A stretch of DNA of 64,000 nucleotides, taken from NCBI GenBank assembly GCA_045531855.1, contig JAZSEU010000030.1, positions 1,412 to 65,411 on the forward strand, written 5' to 3'. The translations under genes were made by a program, and so were the position numbers. Source of the stretch: Acutalibacteraceae bacterium (GTDB lineage: Bacteria; Bacillota; Clostridia; Oscillospirales; Acutalibacteraceae). Every line of letters begins with the position of its first letter. Position 1 is the stretch's first letter. Below, piece by piece: positions 24,375-35,800 of the stretch. The notes under the pieces are model-generated. The model searched no databases and was not told the DNA's origin. It saw only the letters and a list, made by a program, of their open reading frames with translations.

Positions 24375-26216
24375 ATGAGCGATTTCAAAATAAAGACAGA
24401 GCCGAAAACTATATTTGAAGAGTTTAAAAACGGCGACAATTACAAGCAAGGAATAGGCAAAAGAGGTCTTGCTGAACAGGGAAAGGTTAACGAGAGATTT
24501 TTTATCGGCGACCAATGGCACGGTGCTAACTGCGGAACGAACAGACCGCTTGTTAGAAGAAACATTATCAAGAGAATTGGGGAGTTTAAAATGTCCTCAA
24601 TTACTGCTGCACCGATAGCAGTTAACTATACGGCGGATGGAATACCCGATATAAACCTCGAGGATGAGAAAAAGGCTTATTCTAAGGAGCTTGCTGAGGG
24701 AGCAATGATGAGCGGTGAGGTTAGCAATGCGGAAATTGCGACCATAATGCAATGCTTATCGGAATACTTCAAAATAACGGGAGAGAGACTAAAACTCGAT
24801 ATGTTGAAAGAACAGGCACTTAGAAACTGCTATATAAGCGGTACGGGGCTTTTGTATACATACTGGGACCCAAATATTAAGACGGGACTTTATGCTGATG
24901 AGGCTAAGCAAATGCCTATAAACGGAGATATAAATTGCGAGGTTTTAGAGGTTGAGAATGTTGTTTTCGGAGAGCCCAATAATGACGATATTCAAACTCA
25001 GCCCTATATTATCATTTCTCGAAGAAGACATATAGGAGAGGTTATCAGAGAGGCAAAAAGAAACGGAGTATCCGCTGAGGATATTGCCGATATCAAGCCC
25101 GACAATGTTGATTATATGCAGACCGAGGGAGAGCTTGGCGAATACGAGCCGAATGACAGCAACAGAGTTACAACTCTTACGAAGTTTTATAAGAAATGGG
25201 CTAAGGATGGAAACAGTTTCAAAATTTTCTGCACTGAGGTTGCGGAAAAGGTTGTTATAAGAAAGCCTTTTGATATCGGAATTACTCATTATCCTTTTGC
25301 AATAATGCCTTGGGAACGCCGCCGCTCTTGTATTTACGGTGAGAGTGAGGTTACTCATTTGGTACCGAATCAGATAGCAATAAACCGCTGTCTTACTGCG
25401 GCAGTTTGGGGAATTATCTCAACGGGAATGCCGATAATGATTGTTAACGGTGATGTTGTAACCGAAAGAATTACTAATGAACCCGGTCAAGTTATAAAGG
25501 TTTATGGAAGCAATGAGGATGTTGCAGGTGCTATAAGACATATTCAACCGCCTGTGTTCCAAAGCCAATACTTCCAGAGTGTTAACGAGATGGCGAGCAA
25601 TACCCTTAACGATTCAGGAGCAAATGATGCGGCACTCGGAAATCTAAGACCCGACAATGCTTCAGCCATAATCCAGATGAGAGAAGCCGCTATGCAACCA
25701 ATGCAGATTTATATGAACCGCTTTTATGATTTCATAGAACAGCTTGCGAGAATTTGGGCGGACTTTTGGATAAATCTTTATGGAAAGAGAATGCTCCAAA
25801 CCGTTACAAAAGAGGGAACTAATTATATACATTTTGATGGCGAGAGATATAAAAATCTTGTTATAACCGCAAGAATAGACGTTGGTGCTTCAACCCTTTG
25901 GAGCGAGGCGGTTGTTATCTCTACTCTTGATAATCTGCTTGAGAGACAAATGATAACCTTTGAGCAGTATCTTGACCGACTTCCCTCAGGAATTATTCCC
26001 GATGTTACAGGGCTTAAGGAAGACCTGCAGTTGCAGAGTCAACAGGCAGAACAAGAGGCGGGCCTTTCTGATGAAGCGGTGCTGAGAGACTTTGCACAGC
26101 AGCAACCCGAACTCTATAAACAGTTTGAGAGAATGCCTGCTTCTCAGCAGATGGCATTGATGGCAAAAATAAAAGGAGCTTATAACGGCGGTGAAGCTCA
26201 GGAGGTAATAGAATGA
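24375..26216 (+). CDS. Portal protein candidate
   Basis: Start MSDFKIKTEP at ATG 24375 after AAAGGAG. 613 aa. Size and acidic C-terminus fit a portal. No other portal-sized candidate lies near terL. Confidence 0.55.
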   Translation: MSDFKIKTEPKTIFEEFKNGDNYKQGIGKRGLAEQGKVNERFFIGDQWHGANCGTNRPLVRRNIIKRIGEFKMSSITAAPIAVNYTADGIPDINLEDEKKAYSKELAEGAMMSGEVSNAEIATIMQCLSEYFKITGERLKLDMLKEQALRNCYISGTGLLYTYWDPNIKTGLYADEAKQMPINGDINCEVLEVENVVFGEPNNDDIQTQPYIIISRRRHIGEVIREAKRNGVSAEDIADIKPDNVDYMQTEGELGEYEPNDSNRVTTLTKFYKKWAKDGNSFKIFCTEVAEKVVIRKPFDIGITHYPFAIMPWERRRSCIYGESEVTHLVPNQIAINRCLTAAVWGIISTGMPIMIVNGDVVTERITNEPGQVIKVYGSNEDVAGAIRHIQPPVFQSQYFQSVNEMASNTLNDSGANDAALGNLRPDNASAIIQMREAAMQPMQIYMNRFYDFIEQLARIWADFWINLYGKRMLQTVTKEGTNYIHFDGERYKNLVITARIDVGASTLWSEAVVISTLDNLLERQMITFEQYLDRLPSGIIPDVTGLKEDLQLQSQQAEQEAGLSDEAVLRDFAQQQPELYKQFERMPASQQMALMAKIKGAYNGGEAQEVIE

Positions 26217-26581
26217 CAGGACAACAGATTTTAAAGCTTGCAACGGATTTACTCGGATATACAAATGCTAACGGCAATCTGCAGCTGAGTGCAAGAATTA
26301 TGGGTAAAGCGGTTGTTAATATAAACCTTATATATAGCGATTTATGGCGAATTTGTTATGATACAGAATTTGAACCTATAAGTAATATTCACGGTGAAAT
26401 AAAGCTTCCTGAAAGGGTGCTTAATGACATTATGCCTTACGGTGTTGCGATGATGTTAGCACAGAGCGAGAGTGATGGCGACCAGCAACAGCTTTATTCT
26501 GTTCTATATAACCGCAAAAGAACCTCTTTATCGAAGAAAGAGGGTATTGAGGATGTATTGCCGAGGTGTTATGACTTATGA
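26213..26581 (+). CDS. Head-tail adaptor/connector candidate
   Basis: 122 aa, ATGA overlap with the portal gene. Call rests on position only. Confidence 0.4.
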   Translation: MTGQQILKLATDLLGYTNANGNLQLSARIMGKAVVNINLIYSDLWRICYDTEFEPISNIHGEIKLPERVLNDIMPYGVAMMLAQSESDGDQQQLYSVLYNRKRTSLSKKEGIEDVLPRCYDL

Positions 26582-28797
26582 GATTTCCTTCTATAAACAA
26601 ACAGGGTAAGCGAAGGGTTAATATCCCGCAGTTTACAGGCGGAATTAACCTTCGTGATAACCCGACACAATGCAATGATAATCAGTTGACAGAGCTTGTT
26701 AATATGTGGTTCAAGGATGGAACGCTGAGAACAAGACCGGGACTGATAAGGCTCAACGATAATGAGGTTTTTGAAACTGAGTCGCCTTCGCTTACGGGAG
26801 AGTATAGTGTAGAGGGCAAGGCACATAACATCTTGAATGATGATAAAAGGCTTATAAGCATTAAGGAAACAAGGATTTCAACTATAGGAGAAGCCTTAAA
26901 AACTTCTTTTTATGCTATACATTTCTTTTGGTGTAATAAAGATGGTGCTGTGAAGCTTCCGAGTATCAGATACGATTATCAGGAAAATAATTTTGTTAAT
27001 AAAGACCTTGAGAACTATTTTGTTGTAAATCAAAACGGAACACTTTATTGCTTTGTTAAAACGAGTGCTGATAGAAGTGTTTATATGCTCGAAAAGAGCA
27101 AAGAAAAATGGCAGAAGCTTGGCGATGAGGATATGTATATACCAACAGTTATGACTCATTGCAAAGTGAATCATAAACTAAAAGATGGACATGCCTATGA
27201 AAAAGGTCATACAGGAACGATGCTTGAGGGCTATAACCTTTTAAGCAATTATTACAAAATGGTTTATTCAACCGTTAATACCGATGCGGATATTTCAGAT
27301 GATGCCTATCCTATGGTTTATTCGGTTGAGGAAAGCACCTACTATAACAAATATAAGGGTTATGAGGTTAAGGCTGAGTATATCGATAAGAAAGGTAATG
27401 TACATAAACACAGTGTAACGCTTCAGGGTGTTCTTGAGAATGGTTGGTTTGTATGGGAGAAAGAGGCTTCAACCGATGGCTTGGTTATGGGAGTTTGCAG
27501 CCGACAGATACGTTTTGCTAAGCCCGGAGTGGATAGTGCGGCCACCCTCACAAGAGCTGATTATGTTGAGGACAACCTCACTATTACAGTTCCCTTTATA
27601 CCTGATAACAGAGAAGAAGAGCTTGATAAAATTTTTTGTATGACCGAATGTGAATGGTTCGGAGGAAGCTCTGCAGGACTTACAGGCGGAACGAGACTGT
27701 TTTTAGGCAGTAATAAGAAGCATGAGGAAAAGGCACTTGTTATATGGTCGGGTCTTAACAAACCTCTTTATTTCCCCGAAAACTCCTATTTTTATGTTGG
27801 TGATACTTCACAGAGGATTACAGGTTTTGGCAAACAGTCTAATATGCTTGTGATTTTCAAAGAGAATGAAACCTGGTATACGCAATATCATCAGAACACA
27901 AGTATAACAGGGGAAGACTTGGCAAGTCAGAGAGTCATTGATTTGCAGGCAAGTGCAGTGTATTTTCCGCTTGTTCAAATCAATTCTTCGATAGGTTGTT
28001 CTTATCCTGGAACGATTCAGCTTTGCAGAAACCGCCTTGTTTGGCTCGGAAGCGGAAATAAGGTTTACAGCCTTGTTTCTAATAATCAGTATAATGAGCG
28101 AAGCGTTTATGTTGTTTCTGAAATGATAGAACGTAGGTTTAAAAAGGAAAATCTTTCGAAAAGTATAGCTTATGACTGGAACGGATATTATTGCCTTAAA
28201 TGCGGCGGTGAAATGTTCCTTATGGACTATAACAGTTATGGTTATATTTATGTTTCGAGCCATTCGAAGACAGAGGATGCGAATATAAGAATACCGTGGT
28301 ATTATTGGGAGTTTCCGAATGCAGAGGATGAAGGAACAGCAGATATTATGTTCCTTTGCGGTGATGAACTTCTTAATATGAAATTCAAAGCTTCGGGAAG
28401 CGATATAACCTGTTCTGCATTTGAGTTCAGAAGTGGAATAGGAAACGATATTCTTGTTGACGGTACCAAAAAAGAAATTAAAAGTTTAATTGAAACCAAG
28501 TTCTTTGATTTCGGTGAGCCTAATTTCTATAAAAATATAGGCTCTGTAGCACTCTCTTTGGGTTATAACGGCGGAGGCGAGATAAGTGTTGCCTTTATAA
28601 CCGATGGCGGAGAAGAGCAAACAGGACTTGTTTTAGAGGAAGCGGCGGATGAACGCTCGGCGGGATTTACCAAGAGCAAGATATTAACCCCCGCAATTTG
28701 TTCGGCACTCAGGTTTGGAATAAGGCTTGAAAGTCAGAGCGATATCTTAATTGATGGATTAACAATAGATTATAGAGTTACAGGGAGGGCAAGATAA
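26578..28797 (+). CDS. Large virion structural protein (tail/nozzle candidate)
   Basis: 739 aa, translationally coupled. No enzymatic motif recognised. Confidence 0.45.
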   Translation: MRFPSINKQGKRRVNIPQFTGGINLRDNPTQCNDNQLTELVNMWFKDGTLRTRPGLIRLNDNEVFETESPSLTGEYSVEGKAHNILNDDKRLISIKETRISTIGEALKTSFYAIHFFWCNKDGAVKLPSIRYDYQENNFVNKDLENYFVVNQNGTLYCFVKTSADRSVYMLEKSKEKWQKLGDEDMYIPTVMTHCKVNHKLKDGHAYEKGHTGTMLEGYNLLSNYYKMVYSTVNTDADISDDAYPMVYSVEESTYYNKYKGYEVKAEYIDKKGNVHKHSVTLQGVLENGWFVWEKEASTDGLVMGVCSRQIRFAKPGVDSAATLTRADYVEDNLTITVPFIPDNREEELDKIFCMTECEWFGGSSAGLTGGTRLFLGSNKKHEEKALVIWSGLNKPLYFPENSYFYVGDTSQRITGFGKQSNMLVIFKENETWYTQYHQNTSITGEDLASQRVIDLQASAVYFPLVQINSSIGCSYPGTIQLCRNRLVWLGSGNKVYSLVSNNQYNERSVYVVSEMIERRFKKENLSKSIAYDWNGYYCLKCGGEMFLMDYNSYGYIYVSSHSKTEDANIRIPWYYWEFPNAEDEGTADIMFLCGDELLNMKFKASGSDITCSAFEFRSGIGNDILVDGTKKEIKSLIETKFFDFGEPNFYKNIGSVALSLGYNGGGEISVAFITDGGEEQTGLVLEEAADERSAGFTKSKILTPAICSALRFGIRLESQSDILIDGLTIDYRVTGRAR

Positions 28798-29819
28798 TGG
28801 CAACTAAACCAAGAGATTGGAATGTCATACATTCTGAAATTGAAAATTCACTTGCTGCTCAAAAGCAGGCGGATAAGGATGCACAAAATAAAATATTTGA
28901 TACAAATAAAAAGACCATAACCGATAATTATACGCAGTCAATAAAAGATGGTGAGGCTGAGTATGAGGACGATTATAGAGAAAACGCTGTTCAGAAAAAG
29001 GTTAACGAGTTTTACATATCCGAAGAGATGGCTAATATGGGGCTTGCTAATTCGGGGTTCAATCGCACACAAATTACGGCAAATCAGTTATCCTATGCCA
29101 ATAATAAGGCGGAAATCGACAGGAAGAGACAGAGTATGGTTGATAGTCTCAAAATAGAAATGACTAATAAGCTTACCGAAAACGAAAACGAAAGAACAGG
29201 TGCTTTAGCAGGTATTGATTCGAGTTACAAGCAAACTGCAATCGAAAAAACAAATGAGATTTATGGAGATGAGTGGGATGCTTATAATAAAGAACGAGAA
29301 GCGGAAATTAAAGCTGAAACGGAGAGGCAGAAGGCGTATTACAGTGCCTTGGAAAAACAAGCAGAAGCAGCAAAAAACGCCAAGCCCCAAAATATTATAA
29401 ACAGCAAGGAAGGGTTTTTAAATCGTGAGGCTATGAAGGAGGGCGGCTTTACTGCAAACAACATCAAAGTTAAAGAAAACGGAAATGGAACAGTAACTTA
29501 TTTTGATATAGATACAGGGTATTCTTCTACATTTGCGAAAAATGAAAATCCGTTTACTGGACGTGCGCATAAAAACGCCCAATATGGAACATTCGATAAC
29601 GGGTATCAGCCAAACAACATGGGTAAAGATGAAAGCGGAAAAATATTAAAGTTAAGAGCTGCAAAGAGAGTTGATACAGGCGAAACTGCAACACTTCCTA
29701 AAAATGGACAGCAACAAACAGTATGGACCGTTGATGGCAAAACATTCTATCTTTGGAATGGAGCTATCAACGATTATGAAAAATTAAACCCCAACAAAGC
29801 AAAAGGAGTGTTCAAGTAG
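28797..29819 (+). CDS. Virion-associated coiled-coil protein
   Basis: 340 aa. The central region is charged and helical. Confidence 0.45.
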   Translation: MATKPRDWNVIHSEIENSLAAQKQADKDAQNKIFDTNKKTITDNYTQSIKDGEAEYEDDYRENAVQKKVNEFYISEEMANMGLANSGFNRTQITANQLSYANNKAEIDRKRQSMVDSLKIEMTNKLTENENERTGALAGIDSSYKQTAIEKTNEIYGDEWDAYNKEREAEIKAETERQKAYYSALEKQAEAAKNAKPQNIINSKEGFLNREAMKEGGFTANNIKVKENGNGTVTYFDIDTGYSSTFAKNENPFTGRAHKNAQYGTFDNGYQPNNMGKDESGKILKLRAAKRVDTGETATLPKNGQQQTVWTVDGKTFYLWNGAINDYEKLNPNKAKGVFK

Positions 29820-32800
29820 TGAATGTAATCGACTTCGATATTAAAAAAATAGGAAGCAAAAGCGGAGAGAATACACAAAAAACGGTGGATTTCGATATAT
29901 CACAAGTGGGAGGTAAAGGGGATGTTGACCCGATTACAGTACTAAAAAACCTTGCTTCTCCTTCTTCCTCCTCTCAATCCCCCCTTCGCAAGTATAGTTC
30001 GATAGATTGGGAAAACAATCCCTTAAATAAAATCGACAAAGCCAAATCAACTATTCCTTCGGTGTATTACGATGAGAGTTATGTTGAAACGAAAAAGAAT
30101 AACGCTGAAATTGCAAAATTGAAGGCTGATATGGAAGCGGCAAAATATAATTTCCAACACGCCAAAAACGATTATGGTTTGGTGCAGCAAGGAATGGAAT
30201 ATTTGAGAAATTTCGATGTTGTTGATACATATTCGGGTGAAAAATATTCAGCATATAAAACATGGCAAGAAGCGGCCGAAAAATACTATACCACAAAATA
30301 CGGAAACAAAGAAGCTCAACAAATTTTGTTAAATCAATTACAGGCCACAAAAAAAGAAGTTCCTGAAAATAAAAAAGAAACGGTAGACACTACCATAAAA
30401 GAATTACAAAACTCTTTATATGGAGATTATGTTATTGATGATTTTGTAAGTAATAGCATAATGGCAGGTGTGTCTGGATATGATGCAGGATTTTCTAAAT
30501 CTCTGGATGCAACATTAGGTAAGGCTTTAAATTGGTTGGGATGGAAAAATAATCCTATAAATAAACTAAATAGTTGGATATCATCGGGTAATGAATATTA
30601 TGCGGAGAATGCCGCAAATGCAGCGGCTGCGATGGGTGGAGGTATTTATAATTACGTAAACGCCTTTAATCAAGGAATTATAGGTATGTTGCCAGATATT
30701 GTAATTGCGATGGCATCGGGTAAAGGTTTAGCCAATACTCCAACAGCTCTTAAAAAGATAGCTAATATTGCAACAAATCAAGCCTCGATGGGAGCTATTG
30801 CGAAATTTGGAGATAATATGACAAGGGCGGTTTCCAACACTTTTTCAACCGCAGTTAAAAATCCTTTATATTGGACTTCTATGACAAGAACTTTTGGTAA
30901 CGATTATGAGGAGGCTAAAAAGGGTGGGGCTTCAGAAGGAGCAGCTTATTTATATGCTACACTTACTTCTTCAATGAATGCCTTAGTAGAAATCGGCGGT
31001 GGTGTGCAAGTTCTTCCTGATAAACTTAAAAATTTAACTAAACCGCAAATATTAGAATTAATTATAAGTGCCGTTGAAGAAGGTAATGAAGAGGTAATCC
31101 AAAGTTTAATTAGCGATATTAACGCAAAACTTATATATGACCCCAATAAAGAAATGACTTCCGCAAAAGATTTAGCTTTTGAATGGGCCGTTGGTTTTGG
31201 TGTTGGTGTTGCCGGAGGCTCAGGAACTGTAATTTTAGATAATATAGTTAATAATCGTTCCGAATATGCTAAGGTAGGTGAAATTGTTAGAAAAGATAGC
31301 AACAATGTTGAAGGCGTTATAGAATATGCTTCAAAATCTTCCAATGAAAGCATTAGAGATATAGCGACCAAAAATATAAGTAATCCTTCGAAAATTTCCA
31401 ATACGGATTTAGGTGTTTTGTATTCTTATGTAATGCAAGATATTGATACAGCGTTTAATTCTGCAACAACCATTGAAAATCTTTCAGAAGCGTTAACTAG
31501 TTTGAATACTTCAAATGAAACTGTTAAAAATTTAGCGTTTTCAAGATATGTTAAAAGAGCTATGGAATTAGGCGAAGATATAAAAAATATCGAAGCAAGT
31601 AAGAATGAATTTATAGTTCCCTCAAATACCGCTCATGCTTCTTTAACTGAAGCCGAGCAGGAAATATTAAACACCCCCGATGAGCAGTTGACACCTGTGC
31701 AGAGAGCAATTAAACAAAATATTCAAGAAAGACATTCTTCAGTGTTGCGCACGGGTGCAAATAATAATGGCACAAATGTGAAACTTGAAACTATGAAACA
31801 ACAAAAAAACACCGCCCAGGATAGCGATGCAAATACTGAAAATATTGTTGACCTTTCAGGAGATAATAATTTGTCAAAACTGGTTGAAAATTTGCATGGT
31901 GCAGAAAAATACAAAAAAATCAGAGATTATATATTTGGCATTTTGGGTGGCCGCAACATAAAACTTAGTGATGGCAAAAATGCTATTGTTGATAAAAGCG
32001 ATGCTTTGCATATAGCAAATAAATCAGGTTCCGAAAAAACTTCACAAATATCGAAGATTAAAGAGTTAATAGAAAAAGCTAGGCTTTATGCGGAAGATAA
32101 TAATGTTCAACATAATAAATTCAACTATTTTTGTTATTATATTGTTGATATAAAATACGGAAAAGAGATTATCCCTATTTATATTAATGTTGGCAAAGGT
32201 AAAAACGATGGTAAATATCATATTTATGATATTACTAAAAAAATAAGAGATACCGCCCATCGAGTTAACGATGTGGAGCGCCCCAAACCAAACGAGGGCT
32301 ACGCTCTAGAAAACGATATCTCTAACAATAGATTAACACAAAAACCACCTATTGTCAATAATATTATATCCAACGAAGGCGATAATAATTCCTCCACCCC
32401 CTCCGATATTATCCTTCCGGAAAATATAAAGGAGATATCGATAGCAAATAAAAACAAACAGCGACATCATACAACCCTGAAAGAGCAAAACTATATTATA
32501 GGCATAGGTAAGGCTTTGGGCAGAACGGTTGTTTTTGAAAATGTTGTTGATAAACTTAGAGCCGAAGGAATAGACCTTAAAGGGCAAATACCTGATGGAT
32601 ATATAGATAACAATAATGTTATTCATATGAATTTTACGGTTATAGACCCATTGACTTTTATTTTCAAGCATGAGCTCACTCATTTCGGAGAAGGTACCGA
32701 AGCATATAACAAGTTTGTTGATGCGGTTAGAAAATCAGATGCTTTTAAAAACTGGCTTATAGAGAAAACGGGTCTTAATGCTGAAGATAATACCGTAGAA

Positions 32801-35800
32801 GTTCTTATTGCTGCAGCAAGACAAAGCGTTATGGATAGCCGTACTGGTGATGCGGCTGTTGATGTGGACGCGGCAATGGCCGAGGTTATAGCCGATTTTG
32901 TTGGAGATTGTTTATTTACTGATAACGGCTCAGGCCTGGAGTCAATGCTCAGCAACCTTAATGTTAAGGAACGAAACGCTGTTATTCAATATATACTCGA
33001 CTTTTTATCTTACATAAAGAAAAAACTCGCAGGATATAAAGATATAGAGTTTGAAATCTCCCGACTTGAAGATAGCTTTAATCGAATGCTATCAGAAGCA
33101 ACTCAGGTAAAGGCTGCGGGCGACTTTACGAGCGAAGGAAATAAGTATACATTTGCTCGGTCTTATGATACCGAAGCTATATCCAAAGCTGAGGATATGG
33201 AGAGTCAAGGTGCAAAACATCCTGAGATTTGGGAAGAAACAGGGCTGATGCGTGATGGAGGAGGAACTTGGGTTTATGAAATAGATGATTCCGAGATGGA
33301 GTTTTATCCTGAAGGCAATGCGAAAAAAGAGCTTGATGCGGATTATTACGAATATCTTTCATTAGCAAAACTGAAAAGGCGAACTCCTGAAAAAAGCAAA
33401 AGATTTATGGAGTTATATTCTAAATACGGCAACATTTTTTTGAAAAAATATACGGTTGCAGATTTTGTTAAGCACGATAAGTTGTTTAAAGCATATCCGC
33501 AACTAAAAGATATAAAAATAGAGTTTAGAGATTTGGGCGAAAATGGTTATGGCGGCTATTATTCTCATTCGGAGAAAAAAATAGTTATCAATCAGCATTC
33601 GTTAAATTCTAAAGACCCGAATAGAATAAAAAAGACTTTGATTCACGAGATGCAGCACGCGGTTCAATATATTGATGGTCGTGAAGAAGGTTCTAATAAG
33701 GAATTTTGGAATGCACGTATTTTGAACGGCGAAAGAATGCCTATAAATTATAGAACCGGAAGACCATATACGTCCGAAGAAACATATGATGCCTATTTGG
33801 ATACTGCAGGGGAAATGGAAGCCAGAGAGGCCGCAGAAAGATTCGATTATACTGAAGATGAGCGAGGATATAGCTTTTTTGCTCCCGATATAGATTATAA
33901 TAATTCTGTAAGGATGAGCGAGTTTAAAAAGGAAACGGTTCCTACCGCTATGTCAGAAGGATATATTGAAGCTGTAAATTCAAAGGATGTAAATACTGCT
34001 CAGCGTTTAGTTGACCAAGCCGCTAAGAAATCGGGTTATACCGAGAGACTTTATCATCAAACGGGAAAAGAATTTACGGAATTTAATACCAACAACCAAA
34101 TTGCCGGTAAATATGATTGGGAGTTGCCTACAGGGACTTTTTTAAAGCCGTCTAATAACGATATTGGTTTATCCGGCAAAAAGCAACTGGAGCTTTATGC
34201 AAAGTTTGAAAATGCATTGGTATTCAAGAATAGAAGTGAAGCTCGAAAGTTTTGGGTTGATAATATTCCCGAATATAAGAAGATAGCTCAAGAACTCACA
34301 AACATAGATTCTCAATACCGCAGAAAAACCGATGAGGCTATGGATAATGTTCGCCAGTATTTGAAACAATGGAAACAAAAAAATCCCACTACTGACAGTA
34401 GAGAGATTTATAGTGATTCCGAATATCAAAGGCTCAATGATTTAGAGGATAAAATCGTTGATGAATGGGAAGAAAAGAGCAATGAGGCAAGCTTAAGGGC
34501 TAAGGAGTTGCTTGATGATTTCATTTCGAACAGTGATTTTGATGGTGTTGTTGTAGAGAATGATGAAGGCTCATATGGTAGGAGTACAAAGACATATATT
34601 GTTTTTGATTCGAGTCAACTAAAGGATGCTTCGCCTATTACCTATGACGATAATGGTAATGTTATACCTTTGTCAGCAAGATTTGATTCTGACAAGAAGG
34701 ATATTAGATATTCGATACCTCGTGGGACAACGCATACTGGCGAGGATTTAAAAGATACTCCCGATACATTGAAACCAAAATCGAATAGAGAATGGTCTGC
34801 TTTTAATCGCTCATTCGCAAATCAAACAAATGGATTGAAAAGTGGAGCGAAAAAGAGTATAATAATTACAACTCAAAGCAATGTATATTTTGTTTTTGCG
34901 GATGGATACATGAGCGGCGAAATTGTAAAAAAAATAAATATTGATAAATTAAAGAAAGGTCAAGAGTTTTATGACAGTTTGGGACGGGCAGAAACTAATC
35001 ATAGCAAAGATGAAATCATTGGGAATAGACAAGGAAACTATAGTGGTAGCTATGTTTTTGGAAACCAAGAAACAGATACTAACTATGATGAATTGGATGA
35101 ATTCATTGACAAACATCCCGAGTGGTTCCGAAATAAAAGAGAAAGTTATGCAAATTATAAAAGAAGAGAAATAGATAAAAATAAATATTCTATACCAAGC
35201 GAAGCTAATAGTTTGCTCGATAGATATGAAAACGGAGAAATCAGTCGAGAGGATTATCAGCAACAATTGGATGAGCTTTGGAAGTCGGCTAATGAGGAAT
35301 ATGGAACTATAAAGCAAGGCGAAAATGCTAAAACGCCATTAGCTATTCCTAAAGCGGTTGAAGATGGTATGCCTACTAAGCAATTCATAAGAACTGTTAT
35401 AGAAACAGGTAAGCTTACTTCTGAGATGATAGAAGATATTGAGCAAGAAGTTTTATTAGGTGATACATATTTTTATAAAGTTGTTTCCGATGAAAGTGCC
35501 AAGAACAAGGCAGAAAAAAGTTTTGAAAAGGGAATAGCTGAAGAAAGCTGGAATAAGGCAATATCTACAAAGGCGATTTCAAAAGAGGATATTGCTATCG
35601 GTGAAAAACTTTTATTGCAGGCGATAGAAGATAATAACAGGTTGGGGGTTATCGAATTATCTGCCGAACTTGCCGATGCATTCACTCGTTCAGGACAAGT
35701 TGTCCAGGCGGCGAGAATGCTCAAAAAAATGTCAGGTGTGGGAAGGCTGGTTGCAGCACAAAAAAATGTAAACACGATAAACAAATCTTTACAAGAAAAG